A stretch of DNA of 63,511 nt, filler included, from Bigelowiella natans CCMP2755 (Eukaryota > Protista > Cercozoa): assembly GCA_000320545.1 (NCBI GenBank). It is 8 parts of 8 records of this genome, joined end to end, with 100 filler letters (N's around TTAATTAATTAA, not from the genome) between each part and the next. Parts side by side here need not be neighbours in the genome. Positions count along the whole stretch, not along the records: positions 51,658 to 53,021 come from ADNK01000124.1; positions 53,122 to 54,974 come from ADNK01000671.1; positions 55,075 to 60,344 come from ADNK01000173.1; positions 60,445 to 63,511 come from ADNK01000529.1; 4 more parts are not named here. One strand, 5' to 3'. This document shows, piece after piece, positions 51,865 to 63,511 of this stretch. How positions within the stretch are numbered: the stretch's first letter is position 1; every line of letters starts with the position of its first letter. Position numbers and translations under genes: made by a program. The notes under the pieces were generated by a model, which ran no database searches, was not told the DNA's origin, and saw only the letters and a program-made list of their open reading frames with translations.

Positions 51865-52982
51865 ATGCCCAAGCGAAAGAAGAAAGCTAGAAAGAATGAG
51901 GTCGAACTAATGTTTGCTTAACAGCCTACGTTGCAACGAAAGGGAAAGACCAAGTTTGTTCGAGCCTCTCATTTCATTTTTTGATGTGATTGTCGTTCAT
52001 AGAGCTCAACTTCGGCACCGAGCACTCCGGCGATGAAAATGTCGAAGAAACAGAAGGTTTTACGAATCGGTTAACGTTTTACGATTGAAATCATCATACG
52101 AAGGAACAGTAGAATGATAAATAATACTGTGTGTTCTGTACGTGCAGCTGAAGAAAAATAAGCCGAATGGTAGCTCTTCTGCTGCAAAGGCAAAAACCAC
52201 TCCTCCAGCTCAACGAATAATAGGCCCGATGTTCGACAAAAAAGATCTGCATTGCACAGTCTGTCTGGACTTTCCTGAAAAGGAGGTCAGAAGTACAGTA
52301 TGAAACTGCTGAAAAATTGTTCGCTCGTAAATAAGGAAGGAAGGGACTTATTTTTTTCCTTAAATGGGCCCAATAATTCGAAATTAGATACATTATTTAT
52401 GCATGTTTGGGTTCTCTTATGTAGATCTTCCAGTGCGAAAACGGGCACTTAATGTGTGGAACTTGCCACAACAGAGTGATTCAGGTGAGAGGAGAGAAAC
52501 CAGAAAAGAATATTGGTTTTGTCCCTTTCTACCTGCCTGTGTTTCTTGTAAGTCTTTCGAAAACAACACATTACGGGTATTTCATCCTTTGTATCTTCTT
52601 CGTAATGAATTGATATCCAAACTCTGCTGCTGCAGGGCTCGAATCCGTTCTGCCCGAATTGCCGAGTGCGTCTAAGCCGAGAGAGACTCTATCGCAACCG
52701 CTTTGCGGAAGCAGTCCTCTCCTCTCTTATGGTCCCCTGCAAAAATAAAGGATGCAAGGAAATTGTGCAGTACGGAAACCTCAAGTCCCACCACCTGGTA
52801 GGTTGAATGTTACTTCAGTGGCCGATTTGTTAACTTCTCTGGTACTCATGGGCATGTTACGTGTCGTGGGTCGGTGTTTTGGGTTATAAAATATCAGCGA
52901 TGTGGTTTCCGAAAATTGCGCTGCAAGTATCATCCTCTAGGATGCTCGTGGGAAGGAATCTTTAATAACCTCAAGGCCCACC
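51865..52982 (+). CDS. CYHR1/ZFTRAF1-like RING + TRAF-type zinc-finger protein, 3' truncated by gap
   Basis: LHCTVCLDFP..IFQCENGHLMCGTCH...CPNCRVRLSR..RNRFAE...CKYHPLGCSWEG. Confidence 0.8.
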
Positions 52983-53182
52983 GTAATAATGACTATGGCA
53001 ACGACGACACGATGAGGACAANNNNNNNNNNNNNNNNNNNNNNNNNNNNNNNNNNNNNNNNNNNNTTAATTAATTAANNNNNNNNNNNNNNNNNNNNNNN
53101 NNNNNNNNNNNNNNNNNNNNNCTCCGTGTCTCTCTCTCTCCTTATCTCTCTCCGTCTCATTGACAGATAGCTCGCTTTATAT

Positions 53183-53225
<43 letters not shown>

Positions 53226-53289
53226 GAAAGCGCCCAATATGACAAAGAGACGGCAACAGCAACGACGAGAGAGCGACGAGCAGACCCGA

Positions 53290-53761
53290 CCTGTATCGAT
53301 AATAGCGTATCCGAGAAAGCTAAAGGAGATCGAGTCGCTGCCAGGGCGGCAATGCCGCGCGAACACTTCCACTGCTACCCGCCAGTGCGTGGGAGACCCG
53401 CCCCCCTTGCTATCACCGCTTGCAGACTTCTGAGGATCTGCTATGAATTGCATCGAGCAAGATCTGTTTGACGAGGGCGATGATGATGAGCCAGCTGCTT
53501 CCGCGTCGTCTCCTTCGCCGATCGTCTCGACGGGGCGTGACACTGGGGTGCGGCGAGAGCAGCACACATAAAAAAAGACATGTTGTTTATATATTGCGCG
53601 CTGAGGCTCTGCAGTGTCACAGCTCGCTAAGGCTCTGCAGTGTCACAGCTCTCGCTAGTACCTTTTGTCGAAGGGGGAAGGCCGGCATCGCTGATGTCGA
53701 CATCTAGCACCTTTAGGATCAGCGTAGTGCCGATGCTGCTTGCATCCGCCTATATGTGTAC

Positions 53762-53804
<43 letters not shown>

Positions 53805-54937
53805 GACAGCAGCACATGTTATATGTCAACCATCATCATCATCATCATCACTGTCATCATCATCATCATCGCTGTCATCATCACTATTCCGTGAGAACCC
53901 CCATATCCATTCAAAGCACTTGGCGCCCGAAGGCAGTCGAGATAAGGTGGCGGGCAAACAAGCGACGCTTGGGGAGGGGAGACGGCGGTGCGCTACAACC
54001 CGTACTGTCCGCGCGGGGAAAGAAACCTCGTCCATAGTCGGATTAGAGAGCATCGCCTTCAAGGAAGTGTGAGTTATTAGGAGCGACTCGGTGTTTCAGA
54101 CAATATATCAGAGGAAGGGGAGCGGCACTCGCTGCAGAGTATAGCAGCAAACCTCATCATAATCGCGAAATTCCTCGTCGGTCTTGAGAAGGAACCCGAC
54201 GAGCTGCACGGTGCTCATCTGAGCTTCCGCGTTTGATCTGAAAAAGGGATTTTTATGCTGGTTGTTATTGTTGTTGTTGTCGCAGAGAGAGAGGGAGAGT
54301 ATATGGGCAGCTCTCCAAAGGCAGATTGGAGCTGCACGACGGACCATCGGGTGATAATGACAGTGATAATGATGATGATGATAATAGTGATGATGAGCGA
54401 TACGACGTTCTACTCGTCGGCAATTACGGTTAGTGTTATGCTTCTTGCTATGCTTCCCGCACCTTCGCACTGCTTTGACCCGGAGAGTGTACGAGAAGGC
54501 CCCGGTGCGCCTAACGATCTACGAGGACGTGATTCAGGAGCTGCTCCGACTACAACTCTATTCTACCCTCTCATGGAGTGATTGTGTGATGGTGAAGGGG
54601 GAGGAAGAGGAGGAGGAGGAGGTCCATCTTAAATACCTCCGCAGCAGCATTTTTTGAAATCTCCCCGCATAAGCTCAGGCAAACGGTAGCGCCTCGTTCC
54701 TCTGTATTCCAAGATCAGAGTAAGAATGACTGCCATTAGATCACGTACAAGGAAACCATTTCCTGCGATGCTGGTCGGGCAGGAGATAGGCATAACCCCT
54801 TCCCCCCCCCTCCCTTTTATTCAGCAGACCTTCTGATTTTATCATCAGATAAGACTGCCTTTGGGCGACACATTTAGTGATGCCAACATCAAGAGCAAGG
54901 GCCCTCCTCCGGCAGCCTTATGCTGAGGGATTTGTCC
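53290..54937 (-). CDS. Fragment of an unknown multi-exon gene, possibly with a C2-like beta domain
   Basis: Spliceable exons such as TTLILKVLDVDISD... and WRVAVEVFARHC...FSFLGYAIID. Bounded by gaps. Confidence 0.35.
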
Positions 54938-55319
54938 TGTGAAGAAAAATAGGGGGGGGGGGGGGGGGGGGGGGNNNNNNNNNNNNNNNNNNNNNNNNNN
55001 NNNNNNNNNNNNNNNNNNTTAATTAATTAANNNNNNNNNNNNNNNNNNNNNNNNNNNNNNNNNNNNNNNNNNNNCATCATCATCATCATCATCATCATCA
55101 TACTCCCCACACCACATCATGTCACTGCTTACGGGAATAATCAGAATAGTGAAGAGTGTAGACACATTTAATCACCTTAGAACGGCCTCAGAGTGAACCT
55201 CAGATGAACGGACGAATTATCCCTGATATTATTTCTGAAACCCTCCCCCCCCAATAGGGAGGAGACAGTAGTGGACTATTTTATCTAATCTCAATTAACG
55301 AACGATTACTGACCAATTT

Positions 55320-56043
55320 GGCCAACGGGAAAGGGGGCCTCCTCAAGATTACTACTACGATAATGGCGGTGGCGACTCCACCAACGAGGATCAACAAATC
55401 CTCAGTTCCCGTCATCATCATCCTTTCGCGGTGGTGGTGGAGGAGGAGGAGGGGGAGCTTTCCTCCTCAGGTTGAATGGAAGCACGCACATCCAACTCAT
55501 CAGCACCATCATCACAATCACCATTTGCATCGTTGTCAATGTCGAGCCATCGAAACGTCACTGATGGCAGCGTCTGGTGAAGAAGATCTGCCTGTACCCA
55601 TCGCGCGTATGGCAACGCATTTTGCAGCACGGTTCCTGTGAGGGAGGGTAAAAGGGGGGGGGGGGGGGTATATTAGGAAAAATTGCTATGCTCGCGGTTT
55701 CTAACAGCTAATAATAACAGCAGTAACAATATATATCAATGGCCTCAGCCTTGAGAAGACGTCGCTCCTTCTATTGCTTCATTCAAGCAGAAAGGTGGCT
55801 GCTGCTACGGTCTAACACGGAGGGACGAACAACTCCACTCACCGGCGGATTTAGGGGAATTGTCAGGGAGCGTGGCCGCGGCGAAGATGAACTGAGGAGA
55901 GTTCTTCAGCTTCAGAAAGTTGACCAACATAAACTTGCCGAAATCGGTGCGATGGTAGAGCCGGGAGGGGTGCCCGGCGTATCTTCAATCAAAACAGAGG
56001 AAGAGTGTTGTTCATTATAGCGGTTGCTATATTTATTTCATAT

Positions 56044-56074
<31 letters not shown>

Positions 56075-56751
56075 GTGTGTGAGTATGCAAGGGTTTTCGT
56101 GAGGAGGCAGGAGCAGAATCAGTGGCAAATGAACATAGTATTGGAATAGGCACCCGTGGCGGAGGAAGGAGACCAGATGATCGACCCTGATGATGATGAT
56201 GTTGTTGTTGTTGATGATGATGATGATGATGATGATCATATGATCGTGATGGATATGAATGCTAGCTGTAGCACAGAGTCGACAGGCAAGATGAGAGTAT
56301 CAGCTCCCTGCAGATATTAACTCGGTGTGTGTGTGGGGGGGGGGGGGTGGTCGTCGTCGCCATCATCATCATCATCATTGCCAAGCCACATCTCATCTTC
56401 CACCCCCATCCTCTCATCATATCATCCATTGATTCATTCACGCAAACTCATTCCTACCTCCTGCTGGTAGCTCCCGCTCAGCTGCAAGTCGGCCTCGTCT
56501 AACACGACGAATTCGAGCGACTTCGCGAACATCTTCTGGCTCGATTTGGAACGGAACGACATCTCCAGAGTCTTGAGGAACCTTTGAAAGGAAGAACAAA
56601 GAGGGGGGGGGGGGGGGGGGGATGTTAAATATATTACGCACGAAAGAATGGGCTAGAAGGACATTATATACGTTTGGGAAATGGCATGAAGCGAGGCAGC
56701 TGAACAACCATCAACACTTACAGCACCACAGCCAGGAGAAAGCAAAGGCAA

Positions 56752-56784
<33 letters not shown>

Positions 56785-57003
56785 CCTCTCAACCGATCAT
56801 ACTCACTGGGCGGTGGAGGAGACGACGACGTGCGGGATGTTCGTTTCCGCGATGTCAGTGATGGAAGAGTCCACCAGCTGCACACCCAGCGCGCGAATGG
56901 GGTGTTCCTCCGGTGAATTGCTGGCCAGGTCATTATTATCAGCAGAGCATAAGAGGAGGAGAAGGAGGAGGAGGACCTCCCTCTTTGCACTGCACAAACA
57001 TTA

Positions 57004-57038
<35 letters not shown>

Positions 57039-57290
57039 TACACACCTGACTATAGCCTCCGCCACCTCGAAGACCTGCCGTGCGAGAGCAACATTGGGAC
57101 AAAGAATCAAAGCACGCTTTCGGGTGTTCGTCGTTGTCGTCGTCTCCGACTCCAGAAGTTTGCTCAAGATCGGTGCGAGATAGGCCAGTGTTTTGCCGCT
57201 CCCTGTTGGCCCTGCAATGACGACGTGGTCGTTTCTCGGATTGATATGGCCACGGACGTGTGGAATCGCTTGTGCTTGCACCTATACAAC

Positions 57291-57329
<39 letters not shown>

Positions 57330-58353
57330 GTGTGTGAATATAGGAGGCGAATAACACGTAGTGCCATCATTCTTACCAAGGTGGGGCGGTCAAACCCGGC
57401 ATTGCTGAGCGCGCTCGCAACAGCAGCAGAAACGCCGCCGCCAGACTCGAACGTCGCATACCTGACAGCCAAGAAGGACAAGGTATGTGAGGGAGGGGGG
57501 GAAGACAGTTAAGAAGTGAGATATATCAGCAGGGGGCGGCCAAGCTAGGTTTATCGAGGTAGAATGGCGAGAGAATAATAATAATAATAATAATATCGAT
57601 CAGACGAGTAGGAGCGCCTCGAAGAAGGTGGGATCCAGTCTCCATGCAATGGAGAGAAAGGGGAAAAAATGACCATGTGTTCTTTCCCCCCACTTCTACT
57701 ACTACAACTACTACAACTACTACTACTACTACTACTACTACTGCTACTCGCACGTACTTGGACTCCATCTTCGCTGGGAATAAGGAAGATGCTTCAGGAG
57801 GTGGGGGGTCATGCGCCACAATACCCGTACGCTGTGAAGGGTCGGTGCGCGGAAATCCAAAGGACGGAAGCGAGGAGGAGGAGGAGGAGGAAGATTTGCT
57901 CTCCTCCCAAGACCCTCGCCCTCTCCCGCGGCCGCCGCCGCGCCCACCCCCTCTAACGGGCGCTGTTGCTCCATCGCTCTCACCTGCCGAAAGGAAATCG
58001 AGGAGGGACATATCCGAGGCAGCCTCTTCTTTACCGCTGTCTTTACCGCTGTCGCCTTCCTTGCTGCTCCGCACTGCGGTGGAGGTGGGGGGGGCTCTAC
58101 CAAACGGATTATCGAACACGTCCTTTCCATCTTCGAGAGGAGAAGAGGAGCACAACCGTCGCCGTCCATCTAGCAATAACGGACCACAGCGAAGGTGGTG
58201 TTGGAGGGAGGCGTAGCTACTGCGCCGCAACATCGAGGAGGGGCGGTAGTACCCTACCTTGCCCCCCCCCCTCCGAAGAGCTTCAATCGCCACCCCTCTC
58301 GTTTGGAGAAGGTATGCTCGATGAATGGTTCTTGGAATTGAGATCAATACCAT
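55320..58353 (-). CDS. DEAD-box RNA helicase, RH22-like; 3' part in gap
   Basis: Q motif GFDRPTLVQAQAIP, motif I AGPTGSGKT, LILCPNVALARQ, VVLDEAD, QFIFAAATLP and ARWVQADLLH. Confidence 0.85.
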
Positions 58354-59307
58354 CGAGAAGAGAAGGAGGGCAAGAAGAAGAGGGAGAGGAACCCTGGTGA
58401 GGACGAAATCGGGCCTAGACGGTTACGGAGTAATGTGACGCGATTGCTTTGAATGGACCCCGCTCCCCCCCGCCTATCTAATGAAGATGCTTTAATTCAT
58501 CTTCGTCTACACCTTCCCTTTCCCCTGTCCCGTGTCGACTAAACACCCATGCCTCCGCGGAAATTCAACGATTTCCATCGCCGGAGTCGAGAATTTCCGA
58601 GTTTGTGGCAGCGAAAGGCACCCCCAAGGAGAATAATTAGTATTTTCTGACGATTGCTAGAAACCGGCTCTCTTCCAATCGAAAGAAAAAGCGCCTCTCA
58701 CTCCAAAGATGACGAAGGGGGAAGGGGGTGGGGGGGGTAGGGGGGGGTGATTGAGCGCACACTAAACTACCTGGGAAGCCTAAACTGGGGAGCCATGATG
58801 CCGCATTGCTGTTTCTGAAGGAGTCCGTTCCGAGCAGCCGCAGAAATAAACTTTTTGAGAAAATATTTTCCCGGAGTTCCATGTCCTTGTACCAATTTGC
58901 CCAAGGAGAAACTACCTAAGAAAGTAAGCCAAGGAGCACCCTCCTGCGAACACACGAAAAAATAATATCGAGGGCCGGGCCTGCCCTCTCCGCGACAAGG
59001 CTAAAAGCTGGGTCGCAGGGATATAAATGAGGCTAAAAATTATCGGTGGTTTCAGTACCCGTTCAAGTGGTAACGGGAGAAACGCTCTATGATTTCCCTA
59101 TGGCCGAAGATCTCTACAGTAGATCTAGGTGTCATCAGTCTCACTCGTCGTAGATCTAGGTCTAGATCTAATCATCGTCGGAATTCTCGAGAATTGATCT
59201 TTCAAGTATACAGTGCAACGGGCTGATCAACTCCTCCCTCCCTCTACGTTTGAAGAGACGGAGGGTGCAATACGGCGTATCTTTCCTCCCCCCCCCTCCC
59301 TGTTACC

Positions 59308-60136
59308 ATGACTCTTCCGCCTGCGTTAGCGAGACTGGTGCCTCTACTGCTACTTCTGCGCGCGTGTGCCCAGCTGAGCGGTGCTGGGAGCGGAGGCTTG
59401 CCGCCCCCTCCGCCTCCAGGGGGCAGCGGTAGCGGAGGTGGCCCCCCTCCCCCAGGATCAGGAGGTCCGGGGGGTGGGGGTACGGGAGGCAGCGGAAGTG
59501 GAGGTAATGGCCAAAAGACTATGCTCGATGTTTCACTCACAGTATCCCACTCCAACACCGAACTCTAATGTGAGCTGATGGTGGTCTGGATTTTCATCTG
59601 CTAGGCGGGAGAGGCGCAAAGTGTGACGCATGTGGATCCTCGGCCTCGTACTCTGAGGTATATTTGAATGGTGAATTGCGAAGGTGGACGCACCGGAGTC
59701 TGCTGCCTTGCTCCATACGGGAAAACAAAAAAACAGAAACACACACACACGCACAGACACACACGCGCGCGCGCGTTAGATGTCAATAGGGGAGTGATTT
59801 ATTTCAGAGTAATAAGACGCTGCGTATGTTCTCACTACTACGGATAGACTGTGGCCACGTCGCCAAGTGGGCACCTCAAGCGGACGATTACTACCAACGG
59901 ATGCCCCAATCACTACTCGTAATACCACCTGAGGACAAATTTCGATTTAGCATGGAATTTTTGCTCCTTTGAGCCACCGCTCTCCCTTCCTGACTTCCTT
60001 CCTTCCCGTAGATATGTTGCACCTATGATGAACGCTTGTGCCATTTCAACAACACTGTGATAATAATCAGCTTCTGCACTGGAAAGTCAGGCATCAGCGG
60101 CTGCGGAGGTGGAGATGCGCCGTCAGCATTGAAATG

Positions 60137-60187
<51 letters not shown>

Positions 60188-60277
60188 GTAGCTATGCATA
60201 CTCATGCAATGTCTTAATGTCTGCAGGGAATAGGTCAAGCAGGTTCCGAGACAGAAAGCTAGAGAAAAATCTACGGT
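59308..60277 (+). CDS. Secreted Gly/Pro-rich protein with the start of a probable YHYH-type domain; 3' part in gap
   Basis: Signal MTLPPALARLVPLLLLLRACAQ, Gly/Pro linker, then CDACGSSASYSE/TVATSPSGHLKRTITTNGCPNHYS/FCTGK. The RTITxNGxPNH motif is typical upstream of YHYH. Confidence 0.5.
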
Positions 60278-60923
60278 AACGGGAGCTCATCTCATGTAAA
60301 TAGAAATATAAATAAATAATGAATAAATATGTATATACATATACNNNNNNNNNNNNNNNNNNNNNNNNNNNNNNNNNNNNNNNNNNNNTTAATTAATTAA
60401 NNNNNNNNNNNNNNNNNNNNNNNNNNNNNNNNNNNNNNNNNNNNGTGTGTGTGTGTGTCTCAGCATTGATCCCCCCCCCCTCCCCCTGGATTACTTTCAT
60501 AGTTGGGTTGGCGACTTTTCGTTGGGAGACCCATGTGTATATATGAGATATGCCCTTATTTAATAACAAGCGCGCGCGCGTATACCTCCCCCCCCCCCCC
60601 CCCCCCACCTATATCTATATTCTCTCTGAGTTGTTTAGAAATGGTCCCCACCTCCCACGTCAACGTGTGCTTCCGGAACCCCCCCCCCCCCTCTGTACCT
60701 CCGTCTTCATCCGATTGGAGATTTCGCGAAAAGGATAAGAAAAAAACACACACACACACACACACACAAGCAATCACAGGTTTGGTGGACATATATCTGC
60801 GGTATTTTGTGTGTGTGTGTGTGTGTGTGTGCTTTTTATTATTATTATTAATGATAATAATGATGTTACTTTTGGTCCCAACTTGAGGGAGGAGGGGCGT
60901 CCTTCCTCATCACCAAATCGCCT

Positions 60924-60956
<33 letters not shown>

Positions 60957-61054
60957 ATGGTGGTGATAGGAGGAGGAGGAGGAGGAGGAGGAGGAGGAGG
61001 CGAGAGAATGAGAGAGAGGGTGGGGGAGACGAGAGAGAGAGAGTATCTTAAGAG

Positions 61055-61386
61055 TTACTACTACTACAACTCGATGATCCGACCTTCTCGGTGCTCAGGA
61101 CGTATATCCCACGATGAAGAGGAGAAGTACTCAATCTTGTTATTGTTGTTTATCATTGTCATCAACCGCAACAATAACCAATGAAGAGACAGCAGAGAAG
61201 GAGGAGGAAGAGGAGGAAGAACAACAACACCGTCGCACCAATCAGATATTCATCTTGGCCAACACACATGCGCGCGAGAGGAAAGATTGTGACGTACTTT
61301 TGGCAGTTGTGGTTTCTTCTGCTTCTTTCTGCCTCGTTGCGAGCCGCTCTCACCGTGAGAAGCTCTGTAATAAAGTCAGAATATCA

Positions 61387-61423
<37 letters not shown>

Positions 61424-61481
61424 CAACAAAACGGGTGATACCTCAGAAGGTCCATAGCTGTGGCCTCGTCCTGAAGAATAC

Positions 61482-61523
<42 letters not shown>

Positions 61524-62641
61524 CAAGTCTGTTTAGCACTGCGGGAGGGATAGGAAGGAGGAAAGGAGACACACACACAGAGAGAGCGAGAGCGAGAGAG
61601 AGAGAGAGAGAGAATGATGCTCTCACTACTACTGCAACTAATACTACTACTGCTACTCCTCCTTACAGCTAACTACTACTACTACTACGACTACTACAAC
61701 TACGACTACAACTTGTGCCAACACCGCACCTCGAAATCGCCCAAATCAGCCTCTTTCTCGTTTGGTGCCGCGGTCCTAACCAGACACGTCGTCATTCGCT
61801 TTGTAATGGCGGTGAAGATGATGACGATGTTGTTGTTGATGATGATGACGATGATGATGAGAGGGGAGGAGGAGGAGGAAGAAGTGATACATAGTTCAGG
61901 TTGATTGGCTAGTACCTAGCATGCACTCCCTCAAACGAATACGATATACTCTGCTCCGAGAGAAAATAACAATGATAATGAGACACAAACAGCGACACCG
62001 CAGTGTGTTCTTCTACGCGCTCAAGTGTGCGAAGATAGCCTTTGCATATGTATACTTTTCTCGCCTTCTTCTCATGCTACGATGAACATCGTCTGCTTTC
62101 GTGTACGCGTAACCCCCTTCCCCCCCCCCCCCCCCCCCACACACCCATAAATGAGTACAATTCACGCGTATATATCTTGCATGAAGCATGCATATGGGGG
62201 GGGAAAAAAGCAACATCAGCGGCAGCAGCAAAAAGGGGGGGAAAGGGGGAAACGGATGATGGATGTAGTACCTTTGGAGGGGCACCATTTTCTGCCCCAA
62301 GGGATGCTGCTGCTGCTGCTGCTGCTGCTTTGTCTGTCTTGTCTTCGCCTTCTCCCTCCCCGCCCCTCCCTACGATATTCTCATGGCCATTCTCGTCGAA
62401 ATTGGCACTGCTGCCGTGGAAATCATCACCATCTTCCTGTTCTTGCTCTCTCTCTGCGTCTGCCGCCTCCCCCGCCCCTCCCATCCCGACTCCGAGGAAA
62501 GGGGAGGTCAGTTTGATTGGCTTGGTCAGGAGGGAGGGAGTGCTCCTTTCGGGGGGAGAGCCCTGCTGCTGCTGTTGTTGTTGTTGCTGTTGTTGTTAAA
62601 GTAACACACAAAAAAAAGAATGAGTGTGCGCATGGATATGT

Positions 62642-62709
<68 letters not shown>

Positions 62710-62734
62710 TTTTTCCATCCCCTTCGTATACATG

Positions 62735-62775
<41 letters not shown>

Positions 62776-63370
62776 CTATCACTACCATCTTGATGGCGCC
62801 GATGGGAGTAGGAGAGAAAGGAGGAGAGGATCCCCATGGTGGTGGTTGCTTCAGCTGTCCGTGCTGCTGCCTATACCGCTGCTGTTCCTGGGTCGTCATC
62901 GTCGTCTTCGATGATGACAGTACTACAGGTTTGAACGATATATCTGCGCCTTCTAACCCTAACCCGCCCCCCCCCCCTCTCCCTCGGGCGACAGAGGGGT
63001 CCGTGGGAAGGTGTCGTGTTGTAGATGTTCTCCCTGCGGTTTGCCGGTTGTCCCTTGTGCTCGTCCTCTTTTTCCTTGACGACGCGCCGTTTGAGTCGTC
63101 GCGCTCCTCCCGGATTCTGCTTTCTTCCGCACGTATGGACCTTCCAGCTTTCTCAGTGAGGACCTCCTCGCCTCCTCCTCCTCCACCACCACCACTACCA
63201 CGGCGACGGCGATGATTGCTAGGGGGGGAGGAGGACATGGCTTCAGGATTCTGTGACTTATCAGCAGCGGCAGCATCGCCATCGTCTGCTGCGGGGAGAC
63301 TCTTCTTTTCTTCGTCGTTGTTGTGCGCCCGGAGCGACTTCCTATCCAACCGTTGAGATGGTAGAGAACG
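61055..63370 (-). CDS. Unknown low-complexity protein, multi-exon, partial
   Basis: Long open exons (62790-63370, 62270-62600) plus short spliceable exons such as RMTTCLVRTAAPNEKEADLGDFE/DEATAMDLL. No recognisable domain. Confidence 0.4.
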
Positions 63371-63511
63371 ATGGGAGGGGGCGGAGGGGGGGGGGGGGGC
63401 TGGAAAAAAAGGGGGGGAGGAAGAAGAAAAAAAAAAGAATGCAGAGAGTTCAAGCAACCATCCATGGTGCGAGTGTGTGTGAGTATATATATATATATAT
63501 ATATATATATG

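Noticed and set aside
53600-53658. 26-bp tandem duplication; also (GAGAGGGCAT)x4 at 48942-48985
   Set aside because: Ordinary intronic slippage duplications; no spacer structure, so not CRISPR-like.

Overview
Eukaryotic nuclear DNA: gene-dense, with many short GT-AG introns and intronic microsatellites, and seven assembly gaps filled with an N-TTAATTAATTAA-N linker. Several genes encode green-lineage plastid proteins behind a signal peptide plus transit peptide (thioredoxin y, CURT1, probably a CHI-fold protein). This points to an alga with a secondary green plastid, most likely a chlorarachniophyte such as Bigelowiella; that assignment is inferred. About 21 genes or gene fragments were read by hand-splicing: PNPOx-like, PPT thioesterase, an intronless SAM-methyltransferase-like ORF, an N-myristoylated KCBP-type kinesin-14, Trx y, a polyproline/WH2 actin regulator, Fused/STK36 kinase, an LCL3/C3orf33-like SNase, a SAM-CCCH-RRM-CCHC protein, MED27, CURT1, a CHI-fold protein, TRM5, an SMPD4-like C-terminus, PEBP, DeSI, CYHR1/ZFTRAF1, an RH22-like DEAD-box helicase, a YHYH-like secreted protein and two unknowns. 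The strongest unexplained signal is non-coding. At 7469-8041 all 11 TpA dinucleotides lie in CTAG, CA/TG is abundant, and an adjacent LINE relic has His/Cys codons where Tyr is expected. A related CTAG/CATG/TGCA-rich composition appears, with varying strength, in all six convergent gene junctions that can be assessed, but not as extended tracts in divergent promoters. This suggests a localised, context-specific A:T to G:C mutational process in transcription-termination or silenced zones. The 4.65-8.25 kb segment is an accessory island: an inverted captured PPT fragment, the intronless methyltransferase-like gene, the LINE relic and a ~290-bp hairpin-rich element. Gene models are manual, so exon boundaries are approximate.
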